Shown: positions 9,451 through 17,845 of the stretch, one piece after another
How positions within the stretch are numbered: position 1 is the first letter of the stretch
How the letters are laid out: each line of letters begins with the position of its first letter
Notes under the pieces: model-generated
Databases searched by the model: none
What the model was told of the DNA's origin: nothing
The model's input: the letters and a program-made list of their open reading frames with translations, nothing else
Program-made: the position numbers and the translations under genes
NCBI GenBank assembly: GCA_002010065.2
Contig: MTMD02000002.1
Span: forward strand, 320,001 to 384,000
Source: Candidatus Pyrohabitans jungbluthii
GTDB lineage: Archaea; Hydrothermarchaeota; Hydrothermarchaeia; Hydrothermarchaeales; BMS3B
Direction of reading: 5' to 3'
Length of the DNA stretch: 64,000 bases

Positions 9451-10107
9451 GTGGCGAGAGTTCTTGTGGTTGACGACGACGAAGCTGTGTGTAGAAGTTT
9501 GAAACAGACGCTAACCTCAAACGGCTTCAGTGTGGATGCCACAACTTCACCACAGGAGGCTATTGAACTTCTGCGCGATAACAGCTATGACATTGCAATC
9601 TACGACCTTGTAATGCCCGACATTGACGGCATTGAGCTTCTCAGAGAGACAAAAAAGATAAACTCTGCCCTGCCTGTGGTTATGATAACAGCTTTTGCAA
9701 CAATTGAGAGCGCCGTCGAAGCGATGAAGCGGGGTGCAAGTGACTATATAGAGAAGCCTTTCACCAAGAAGGATATTCTCACAATTGTGAGGCGTGCTTT
9801 AGAAGAGGCCAAGTTCAGAAAGAGCATTTTAGAGCTCTCCACCAGTAGAGAGGTTGAAGAGGTTATAAGCTCCCTCAACTCCCCGCTGAGGAGATTGATA
9901 CTCAGCTACCTTGAGGAGAGGGGGGAGAAGCTCAGCTTCACCCAGCTCCAGCGAGGCGTAGGCGAGCGCGATGCCACAAAGTTCAACTTCCACCTGAGAA
10001 AGCTGAAGGAAGCAGGTCTGGTGGAGCAGGACGAAGATAAGCGATACACACTTACACAGAAGGGCAGGAAGGCTTTGGAGGTAATAAGCAGCCTTGCTGA
10101 GGTGTAG
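9451..10107 (+). CDS. Response regulator, REC fused to ArsR-like winged HTH
   Basis: VLVVDDD, YDLVMP, ITAF, KPF; C-terminal LNSPLRRLIL...FTQL...KFNFHLRKLKEAGLV...YTLTQKG. Confidence 0.9.
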   Translation: MARVLVVDDDEAVCRSLKQTLTSNGFSVDATTSPQEAIELLRDNSYDIAIYDLVMPDIDGIELLRETKKINSALPVVMITAFATIESAVEAMKRGASDYIEKPFTKKDILTIVRRALEEAKFRKSILELSTSREVEEVISSLNSPLRRLILSYLEERGEKLSFTQLQRGVGERDATKFNFHLRKLKEAGLVEQDEDKRYTLTQKGRKALEVISSLAEV

Positions 10108-10143
10108 CTAGCAGGCAGATTTTTATCTCTCCATGCTTTTGAA

Positions 10144-10303
10144 TGGACCCTGATTATGATGTTCAGCCTGAAGGGATACCTTATTGTACAGACCCCGCTG
10201 GATGTCATCCACATCGCCATTCCCCTCCTGTTCTACTTCGTAATTAAATAGGAGCTGACTATTCGAAGACAGTGCCCTGTCTTTCACCACAGCCAGCAAT
10301 AAG
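10144..10303 (+). pseudogene. acr3: Decayed fragment of an Acr3 arsenite/antimonite efflux transporter
   Basis: Manual translation gives WTLIMMFSLKGYLIVQTPLDVIHIAIPLLFYFVIK*, then shifted frames IGADYSKT and LSFTTASN. These match the Acr3 C-terminal motifs (MFSLKG..I...PLDV..IAIPLL.YF; GADY....LSFTAASN). Confidence 0.75.
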
Positions 10304-10364
10304 AGTGTTAAGAAAGGTATTCTACAATCAATTTTTAAAATATTCCATAAGTATCAAAAAAATT

Positions 10365-11015
10365 TTATAATCTCTCCGTCTCCAGTCTCAACAACAGTCT
10401 TTCCACTATTGCCACACCTTCGCTGGTTAGCTGATACTGTCCTGCCCTGTTTTTACTCACTATTCCCGCCTCGCTGAGAACGCGAAGATGAAAGCTCAGT
10501 TTTGATGGGTCGTCCATCTCTATGCTCCTGGCAACCTCAGAAAACCTCCTCGCGCCTGCGTGAAGGAGGTAGAGAGCTATCTTCTTGCGTATCGGGTTTG
10601 AAAGCGCCTTGATTACAGCATCATTAAGCCTCGCCTCAACTTTGCGCTCTAACCTCGCCTCTTCTAAGGTTTTCTTGACGATACTCACCAGCTCGCCTAC
10701 ATTGAAGGGCTTTACAAGAAAGTCACTCGCTCCGAGCTTCATCGCCTCCACCACGTCAGCTATAGAGGGAAAGGCGCTGATTATTATCACCTTGGTCTCC
10801 GGTGAAATCCTCTTTATCTCATCCAGTGCTTCTAGGCCACGGATATCTGGAAGCACCAGGTCGAGGAGCACCAGGTCAGGTTGATTTTCCGTCAGCCTGG
10901 CAATCCCATCGGCGGCGCTCTCCGCGGTCAACACCTCAAAGCCATACCTGCGCAGTGCCTTTTCCAGCACGCTTGTAGTGTGCCTATCGTCATCCACAAT
11001 AAGTATGGTGCTCAT
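10365..11015 (-). CDS. Response regulator, REC + ArsR-like wHTH (no adjacent kinase)
   Basis: ILIVDDD, LDLVLP, KPF; ALSNPIRKKI...RFSEV...SKLSFHLRVLSEAGIV. Confidence 0.9.
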   Translation of the reverse strand: MSTILIVDDDRHTTSVLEKALRRYGFEVLTAESAADGIARLTENQPDLVLLDLVLPDIRGLEALDEIKRISPETKVIIISAFPSIADVVEAMKLGASDFLVKPFNVGELVSIVKKTLEEARLERKVEARLNDAVIKALSNPIRKKIALYLLHAGARRFSEVARSIEMDDPSKLSFHLRVLSEAGIVSKNRAGQYQLTSEGVAIVERLLLRLETERL

Positions 11016-11284
11016 ATCCCCTTTCCAGTCTTTTCCTTTATTTCATCCAGAATCTGGGCGATTGATTTATTCTCTGTGGATATGCCCAGATTTTCCGCGA
11101 TTTCCGTAAACTCCCTCTTATACACGCTCAGCTCTCCTGTCAGATCCCTCTCCAGCTCTTCCGCTGCTCTTCGATACTCTGCCACTGCCTTGCCCATACT
11201 CCTTGCCAGGTCTGGAAGCTTCTCAGGCCCAAAGAAGAGGAGGGCGAGAAGCGCTATGACAGCCACTTCTCCAGAGCCAATCAT
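11012..11284 (-). CDS. TatA/TatB-family subunit
   Basis: [33 protein letters not shown]. Confidence 0.9.
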   Translation of the reverse strand: MIGSGEVAVIALLALLFFGPEKLPDLARSMGKAVAEYRRAAEELERDLTGELSVYKREFTEIAENLGISTENKSIAQILDEIKEKTGKGI

Positions 11285-11334
11285 TTCTCGCTACCCTCAT
11301 CCTCCATGCCACGCTTAAACTCCACCTTGGCTCT
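11263..11334 (-). repeat. 72-bp inverted repeat, copy 2
   Basis: Reverse complement of 6218-6289 with one mismatch. Confidence 0.85.
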
Positions 11335-11430
11335 ACCAAGGCTGCGGGCAAGCTCAGGCAGCTTATTTGCGCCGAAGAGAAGCACAACTAAAGCAAGCAC
11401 CACCAGAAGTTCTGTGTTCCCTACCAGCAT
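11281..11430 (-). CDS. tatA: TatA/E subunit (49 aa; below the ORF-track cutoff)
   Basis: [49 protein letters not shown]; SD AGGTGA upstream. Confidence 0.9.
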   Translation of the reverse strand: MLVGNTELLVVLALVVLLFGANKLPELARSLGRAKVEFKRGMEDEGSEK

Positions 11431-11581
11431 ACTATCACCTGGTATTTACTTTTGAATCACCTATCCTTAAAACTTTATTTTAAAAGAAATTTTATATAAA
11501 GGAGATTTTATATTAAAAAATAAAAAGTAAAATTTTACTAAAGTTAACAAAGCTTGATACTATAGCATCCAAGAAAGAAAA

Positions 11582-12574
11582 ATGAGCGGAAGGAAAACAT
11601 TGAGATGGGTGGCAATACTTCTGCTGGTTCTCCTCGCAGCATACGTCTCAGGCAAAAATAGCGGGGACATGCCTGAAGTTGAGTTAGAGAAGTCTCATTA
11701 CTACTATGATGTGCTAGTGCATGGGGGTTACCTGTACGCCACCTCCCCCTGGGGCTTGGAGGTGTTCTCTATTGACGGGGGAAAAATTTCCCTCACAGGT
11801 GGTTATGAAACCAAGGGTGAGGCTCAGACGCTTGCTCTCTCCAAGGAAAGACTCTACCTCAGCGATGCCACAGGCAGGCTATATGTGTTCGATGTAAGCA
11901 CGCCCGCACGACCGCGTTTGATAGCTGAGCTAGAGCTGGACAAAATCGCCCAGAGGATTGTAATTTCTGGAGATAGGGCATATCTAGCGTGTGTCTCTTC
12001 TGGGCTGGTAATTCTGGACCTTCAGAACCTTGAAGAGGTTGGATTCTACAAGCCCAAAAACTACAGCTATCCTAAGGGAATATGCCTCCAAGATGGAAAG
12101 CTGTACATCGCAGACTTCACCATGAGGCTTTACGTCGCAGACGTGGTGGACGACTCCCTAATTTTTCTGGCCTCCCACCCAACCAGCAGCGTGGCCCACG
12201 ACGTTCTCGCTTGGGAGAGCTTTGTCTACGTTGCAAGCTCCGACGGGGGCGTGGACGTATTTAAGGTCTCTGGAAAAGAGCTGGAATTGGTACAGAACCA
12301 TCCTCTCCCCGGCTTTGCTCTTCGCCTGGCCAGGTATGGAAATTACCTCCTGGTTACCCTCGCCGATGAAGGTGTGGCTTTGCTCGAGATACAGAAGGAC
12401 GGCAGGCTTGAGCTTGTTGCACAATACGACACCCCTGGCAACGCGTACGGCATAGCTCTTGCCAATGGCTACGCATATGTGGCGGACTATGACGGAGGCA
12501 TAGTGGTGTTTGACCTCTCGCAGCTTCCGGAGCTTGTGCCAGTGGATTTCGCTAGGCCAGAGGTGAGCCCATGA
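11582..12574 (+). CDS. Membrane-anchored/secreted LVIVD-repeat beta-propeller protein
   Basis: N-terminal hydrophobic segment; repeated units such as GLEVFSI, RLYVFDVSTP, GLVILDL, YDTPGNAYGIALANGYAYVADYDGGIVVFD. Confidence 0.8.
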   Translation: MSGRKTLRWVAILLLVLLAAYVSGKNSGDMPEVELEKSHYYYDVLVHGGYLYATSPWGLEVFSIDGGKISLTGGYETKGEAQTLALSKERLYLSDATGRLYVFDVSTPARPRLIAELELDKIAQRIVISGDRAYLACVSSGLVILDLQNLEEVGFYKPKNYSYPKGICLQDGKLYIADFTMRLYVADVVDDSLIFLASHPTSSVAHDVLAWESFVYVASSDGGVDVFKVSGKELELVQNHPLPGFALRLARYGNYLLVTLADEGVALLEIQKDGRLELVAQYDTPGNAYGIALANGYAYVADYDGGIVVFDLSQLPELVPVDFARPEVSP

Positions 12575-14028
12575 AAGCAAGCGTTAGCACCAAGATGATG
12601 CTCGCCATAGGCTTAATCGTATTTCTCTCCGTAGAGGGCATCTTCTACTACATGAGCGAAAGCCACGAGAGGAGCATGATGGAGCAGCTCCGCCAGCAGG
12701 CGAAGAGCATCGCTGATCAAATACTCCTGATAAGGCTTTGGGCGGCGGAGCATAGAGAGCGCGTTGCGCCTGTGCCCGCGGAGCTCACCTACGAGCTCTC
12801 AGAACTTTCAAATGAACTGTACGACTACAAGATTCAGCTTGTAACCCTAAGACCCAGAGACCCCGAAAACTATCCCTCTGATAATTTTGAGAGAAGGGTG
12901 ATTCAGGAGTTTATACAGGGAAAGAGCAAGGAAGAGTATGCGATAAATGGCGAGTTTTACGAGTATGCTGTACCTCTCTATGTAGAAGAACCCTGCCTTA
13001 AATGCCACATTGACCAGGGCTATCGCGTGGGCGACCTGCGCGGCGCACTGGTGGTAGAGATACCAGTTAGCGAGGTGATGGCATCTCTCGCAAAAACCAG
13101 GAAGGAACTTATTGTCTATGGATTTGTGATTTCTCTCGGCATTATGCTGGCGATTCTGGGTATTATGAGGATAGTGGTCATAAAGCCTTTGAACAAGGTT
13201 AAGGAAGCCGCGATGAAGCTAGCGAAGCGCGACTATTCTGCTCGCGTTGAGGTGAGCAACGACGATGAATTGGGCGAATTAGCGAGGGTTTTCAACAGCA
13301 TGGTGGAGGAGCTCAAGAACAAAGAGGCGCAGGTGATTCAAAGCGAGAAGATGGCGACCGTTGGTAAGCTCGCCGCTGGAATAGCGCATCAGATAAACAA
13401 CCCCCTCGCCAATATAATACTCTACTCCCAGATTCACCGTGAAGAGGTGGACGATGAGGAGACAAAAAAGGTGCTGGAGATAATTGAAGAGGAAGCTTCT
13501 CTCGCCTCAAAGGTTGTACAAGGCCTTCTGGACTTCTCCAGGTATCGGGAATTCAAGCGCGAGGCTGTGCAGATTAACGAGGTTATAAGAAAAATGTTAA
13601 ATATACTTAAACCTCAACTACAGTACAAGAACATTAAGCTGGAACTAAACCTCGACGAGAACTTGCCGGAGATTCAGGGCGATTCAGCAAAACTTCTCGA
13701 CGCCTTCATAAACATTGCCACAAATGCGATAGATGCCATGAAGGAAGGTGGAAGGCTGAGTATACGCACAGGTAAAAGCGATGGAAAAGTGGTGGTGGAA
13801 ATCGCCGACACCGGCATGGGCATACCTGAGGAGCATCTCAGCAAGATATTTGACCCCTTCTTCACCACCAAGGAGGTGGGCAAGGGCACGGGCCTAGGAC
13901 TTTATATTACTTATAGTATAATTAATAAGCATGGTGGCGAGATAGAGGTGGAGAGCAAGGTCGGAAAGGGTACAAAATTTACTATATATCTACCAGGTGA
14001 GGTGAATGCAGGAAATACTTATAGTTGA
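12571..14028 (+). CDS. Heme-c-binding sensor histidine kinase (DUF3365/Tll0287-like domain-HAMP-HisKA-HATPase)
   Basis: Extracellular [13 protein letters not shown]...[15 protein letters not shown]...[11 protein letters not shown] between two TM helices; HAMP; H-box AHQINNP; HATPase boxes. Confidence 0.88.
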   Translation: MKASVSTKMMLAIGLIVFLSVEGIFYYMSESHERSMMEQLRQQAKSIADQILLIRLWAAEHRERVAPVPAELTYELSELSNELYDYKIQLVTLRPRDPENYPSDNFERRVIQEFIQGKSKEEYAINGEFYEYAVPLYVEEPCLKCHIDQGYRVGDLRGALVVEIPVSEVMASLAKTRKELIVYGFVISLGIMLAILGIMRIVVIKPLNKVKEAAMKLAKRDYSARVEVSNDDELGELARVFNSMVEELKNKEAQVIQSEKMATVGKLAAGIAHQINNPLANIILYSQIHREEVDDEETKKVLEIIEEEASLASKVVQGLLDFSRYREFKREAVQINEVIRKMLNILKPQLQYKNIKLELNLDENLPEIQGDSAKLLDAFINIATNAIDAMKEGGRLSIRTGKSDGKVVVEIADTGMGIPEEHLSKIFDPFFTTKEVGKGTGLGLYITYSIINKHGGEIEVESKVGKGTKFTIYLPGEVNAGNTYS

Positions 14029-14659
14029 GGACGACCCCAAACTTAGAGAGGGGCTTAGAATACTCCTGGAAAAGAAGGGGTACTCGCCCAAGATCGCCGA
14101 GGATGGGGTAAAGGCAATAAATATGATTAAAAAGCAGAAATTTGACCTGGTAATCACTGATCTCGTGATGCCAGGCGCTGATGGCATGGAAGTGCTGAGG
14201 AATGTTAAGAAGTACTCCCCCCTCACCAAGGTGATAATAATCACCGCCTTTGGTACCGTCGATAGTGCCGTGCGCGCGATGAAGATGGGGGCGAGCGACT
14301 ATATACTAAAACCCTTTAAGGTGGAAGAGATAAGAAACAAGATTCTGCGTCTGCTGGAAGAGACCCGCATAGAGGAGGAAAGCAGGGAGAAGATGGAGAC
14401 GCAGGAAACCGGCAAGGACGTGCTCAAGTCTCTCTCAAACCCCATAAGGCGCAGGATAATGGAGTACCTCCATGCCAAGGGTAAGGCGAGGTTCACGGAT
14501 ATAATGAACTACCTTGGTATAGATGAGCCAGCTAAACTCGGCTTTCACCTGCGGGTGCTGAAGCAGGCCGGGCTAATAGCGCAGGATGAAAACCGCCACT
14601 ACTATATCTCCGAGGCTGGAAAGCGCGCTTTCATGACACTGCTTTCCCTGGAAGGGTAG
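14006..14659 (+). CDS. Response regulator, REC + ArsR-like wHTH
   Basis: ILIVEDD, TDLVMP, KPF; SLSNPIRRRI...RFTDI...KLGFHLRVLKQAGLI. Confidence 0.9.
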   Translation: MQEILIVEDDPKLREGLRILLEKKGYSPKIAEDGVKAINMIKKQKFDLVITDLVMPGADGMEVLRNVKKYSPLTKVIIITAFGTVDSAVRAMKMGASDYILKPFKVEEIRNKILRLLEETRIEEESREKMETQETGKDVLKSLSNPIRRRIMEYLHAKGKARFTDIMNYLGIDEPAKLGFHLRVLKQAGLIAQDENRHYYISEAGKRAFMTLLSLEG

Positions 14660-14831
14660 CATTTAAATAAAATCGTTGAATTCGGATAGAAGGTTAAATT
14701 GATATATTTGAAAGGAGGGGGGCGACTAAAAATTTAGTTTAACTATATGCAGTGATATAAACTAATTTTTAAAAAAAAGATTTTATCATTTTAAAATTTA
14801 GTGAATATCAATGCGAAGCGGAGGTGAAAAT
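14660..14831 (+). promoter_or_regulatory. AT-rich napA promoter region with SD GGAGGTGA (14820-14827)
   Basis: AT-rich intergenic region with TATA-like boxes; strong SD before ATG 14832. Confidence 0.55.
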
Positions 14832-17291
14832 ATGGAAATAAGCATGAGCAGGCGCGAGTTTATAAAAGCCTCAGCAGCAACTGCGGCGATGCTTGCCGCT
14901 GGGATGAGTGCCCCAGCGATGGCAGCGCAGGGTGATGGCGAGATAAAGTTTGGCCGCGCTCAGTGTAGATTCTGCGGTACAGGGTGCACAGTACTCGTGG
15001 GCGTGCGCAACGGTAAAGTGGTTGCCGTCAAGGGTGATGCCAACTCGCCCATAAACTTCGGCAGGCTGTGCATGAAGGGCTACTCCCTGCCTCACATAAT
15101 GTACGGAGGCGGCGGCAAAGAGCGCCTGACCAAGCCAATGATCAGACAGCCCGACGGTAGCTTCAAGGAGGTAAGCTGGGACGAAGCTCTGGAGCTGATC
15201 GCAGATACCTTTGCGAAGTACATCAAGGAGTACGGCCCAGACAGCGTTGCCTGGTACGGCTCAGGGCAGAACAACACTCAAGAAGCGTACGCTGCCAACA
15301 AGCTGTTTAAGGGCATAATTGGCACGGCTAACGTTGAAGGTAACCCCAGGCTGTGTATGGCTTCTGCGGTAGGAGGGTACCTCAACACCTTTGGCGCAGA
15401 TGAGCCCGCTGGGAGCTATGACGACATAGACTATGCGGACACCTTCTTCATAATAGGCTCAAACATGGCGGAGCAGCATCCAATGCTCTTCCGCAGGGTT
15501 ATAGACAGGAAGAGCGCCTACCCGGACAGGGTGCGCGTCATTGTAGCAGACCCGCGCACAACACCTACTGCGAGGTACGCTGACCTTCACCTCAAATTCA
15601 AGCCGGGTACAGACATGTACCTGCTCAACGCAATGGCTTATGTTATAATAGAGGAGGACTTAGTTGACTATGAGCACCTGAAGTACTGCACCTTTGCCAA
15701 GGGGCTGGGCAAGGGCGAGGCTCTCGATTTTGATGCCTTCAGGGAGTTTCTGAAGGATTACGCGCCGGAGAAAGTGGAGGAGATAACCGGTGTTCCCGCG
15801 GAGGACATACGCTTAGCTGCGAAGTGGTTCGGGCGCAGAGGTTACTCAACCCTCAGTCTGTGGACCATGGGCTTGAACCAGCGCACTCAGGGCGTGGAGC
15901 TCAACTGCCAGGTGCACAACCTGCATCTGCTTACAGGTAAGATAGGCAAGCCCGGATGCGATTCTCTGAGCTTAACAGGGCAGCCCAACGCCTGCGGTGG
16001 CACTCGAGAGCAGGGCGGCTTAACTCACATCCTGCCGGGTCACCGTAAGGTTGCGAACGAGCAGCACCGCAAGGAGGTTGCTGAGGTCTGGGGCGTGCCC
16101 GTTGAGCAGATGCCCACGAAGCCCACTGGGCCAGCGGTCAACATGTTCATGCGCCTGGAGAAGGGGGAGATCAAGGCGATATGGATAAACACCACAAACC
16201 CGGCGCAGAGTTTGCCCAACGCAGACCGTTACCGTGAGGCAATGCGCAAGGCGTTTACTGTGGTGAGCGACATCTATCCCACGCGAACCACAGAAGTGGC
16301 GACGGTGATTCTGCCCAGCGCCATGTGGGTAGAGAAAGAAGGCATAATGGGTCAAACCGATAGAAGAAGCCAGTTCACGCCCAAGCTGGTTGACCCGCCA
16401 GGCGAGGCAAAGCCCGACTTCTGGCAGATTAACGAGGTCGCCAGACGCATCGCTGAAAAGCTTGGCAGAAAGACGAAGTTTAAAGTGAGAGACAGGAAGG
16501 AGCCAGTTAATGTCATCAAAGAAATAGAGGTCTATGGTCTGGGCTTCTACGATGACCCCAGGGTCCAGGAAGGAGAGATGACACCAGAGGAAGCTGCCTG
16601 GAACGAGTACAGAGTGCTCACAAAGGGTCGGGATGTTGACCTCTATGGCGCAACCTACGAGAAGCTCAAAGCCCACGCTGGCGGCGTACAGTGGCCATGC
16701 CCGAGCACAGAGTTTGACAACCGCGGCAGCAACAAGCGCTACATCTCCCGCGAGTATGCTATAAAGGTCTTCGGAACAGACAAGAAGAGGTATGCCACCG
16801 GCTACGTTACGCTCTACGACCAGCACCTGGAGGAGGAAGGCTACCCAGGACCAATAAACTACTACGGCAAGAAGGGCAAGGCGGTGATTCGCGCTCTAAT
16901 GCCAACTGTCGACTACGAGATGCCCGACAGCAGCTATCCCTTCGTGCTCAACACCGGCAGAGTTATCGAGCACTGGCACACTGGCACGATGACCATGCGT
17001 GTGCGCCTACTGCGTGAGCTTAATCCAGCGGCCTACGTGGAGATTCACCCAAGCGATGCTGAGAAGCTGGGCGTAAAGAGCGGTGAGAATGTGATGCTTA
17101 TCTCACCGCGCGGCAGCATTATACTCCCCGCCTGGGTAACAGAGCGCGCTCAGCCTGGCATGGTGTTCGTGCCCTGGTTCGACGAGACTAAGCTTATCAA
17201 CGACCTCACCGTGGACGTGCCCGAGAGCTGGTCAAAAGCGGCTGAGCCTGACTACAAGGTGTGCAAGATTAAGGTGGTCAAGGCCACCTAA
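14832..17291 (+). CDS. napA: Periplasmic-type nitrate reductase catalytic subunit NapA
   Basis: Tat SRREFIK; CRFCGTGC...LCMKG; GSGQ; NPRLCMASAV; SNMAEQHP; WTMGLNQ; SLTGQPNACG; TGRVIEHWHTGTMTMRV. Confidence 0.95.
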   Translation: MEISMSRREFIKASAATAAMLAAGMSAPAMAAQGDGEIKFGRAQCRFCGTGCTVLVGVRNGKVVAVKGDANSPINFGRLCMKGYSLPHIMYGGGGKERLTKPMIRQPDGSFKEVSWDEALELIADTFAKYIKEYGPDSVAWYGSGQNNTQEAYAANKLFKGIIGTANVEGNPRLCMASAVGGYLNTFGADEPAGSYDDIDYADTFFIIGSNMAEQHPMLFRRVIDRKSAYPDRVRVIVADPRTTPTARYADLHLKFKPGTDMYLLNAMAYVIIEEDLVDYEHLKYCTFAKGLGKGEALDFDAFREFLKDYAPEKVEEITGVPAEDIRLAAKWFGRRGYSTLSLWTMGLNQRTQGVELNCQVHNLHLLTGKIGKPGCDSLSLTGQPNACGGTREQGGLTHILPGHRKVANEQHRKEVAEVWGVPVEQMPTKPTGPAVNMFMRLEKGEIKAIWINTTNPAQSLPNADRYREAMRKAFTVVSDIYPTRTTEVATVILPSAMWVEKEGIMGQTDRRSQFTPKLVDPPGEAKPDFWQINEVARRIAEKLGRKTKFKVRDRKEPVNVIKEIEVYGLGFYDDPRVQEGEMTPEEAAWNEYRVLTKGRDVDLYGATYEKLKAHAGGVQWPCPSTEFDNRGSNKRYISREYAIKVFGTDKKRYATGYVTLYDQHLEEEGYPGPINYYGKKGKAVIRALMPTVDYEMPDSSYPFVLNTGRVIEHWHTGTMTMRVRLLRELNPAAYVEIHPSDAEKLGVKSGENVMLISPRGSIILPAWVTERAQPGMVFVPWFDETKLINDLTVDVPESWSKAAEPDYKVCKIKVVKAT

Positions 17292-17395
17292 AACCTTTTT
17301 TATTTTTAAAGCAGGTTTTGCTAAATTTTATTTTATAATTAGATTTATAAATTATTGGAGGGTTATACTTAAAATAAAAGTTTTTGGTGTTATAT

Positions 17396-17845
17396 ATGCG
17401 GCTTGCAGTAGTGCTTTTCCTGATAATGCTCATACTCGCAGGGTGTGTTGAGAAGGAAGAGGCAGTTGTAGCTACAGAGAAGAAACCTGCACCGCCGCTG
17501 GTTGAGGAAGCTCCCGAAGCCCCTGAAACCCAACTTCAGAAAGAAAAAGTTGAAAAAAAAGCTGGACTGACAATAGCCGATATTCTAAATAACCCAGCGG
17601 CATACGAAGGCAAGGAGGTAACACTGCGCGGCAGAGCTACGCCTGGCTTAGCCTTTGAATTTGTGGATGAGCAGCCCTATTTGCTGAGCGATGGTACGGG
17701 GGAGATATGGGTGATTACCCGGGCTATGATGCCTATGCAGGGGGCTGAAGTAACGGTGAGAGGCGAGGTGGTGGTACCCTACCAGATTAAGGGCCGCCAC
17801 TACGAGGTTGCGATCATTGAGATTGATAGGGAGGAAGAGTATTGA
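17396..17845 (+). CDS. Lipoprotein with C-terminal OB-fold-like domain
   Basis: Lipobox LAGC; Pro/Glu linker; TIADILNNPAAYEGKEVTLRG...YLLSDGTGEIWV...GAEVTVRG. Confidence 0.7.
   Translation: MRLAVVLFLIMLILAGCVEKEEAVVATEKKPAPPLVEEAPEAPETQLQKEKVEKKAGLTIADILNNPAAYEGKEVTLRGRATPGLAFEFVDEQPYLLSDGTGEIWVITRAMMPMQGAEVTVRGEVVVPYQIKGRHYEVAIIEIDREEEY

Noticed and set aside
1005-10328. Shared TTCTACAAT at 1005-1013 and 10320-10328 as a regulator binding site
   Set aside because: It is only 9 bp in AT-rich DNA and the second copy lies between convergent genes, so chance cannot be excluded.
9255-13900. Similar DNA at about 9255-9340 and 13815-13900 (GGCATACCTGAGGAGCA...AAGATATTTGACCCCTTCTT) as a mobile repeat
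   Set aside because: Explained by the conserved G1/F/G2 boxes of paralogous histidine kinases.
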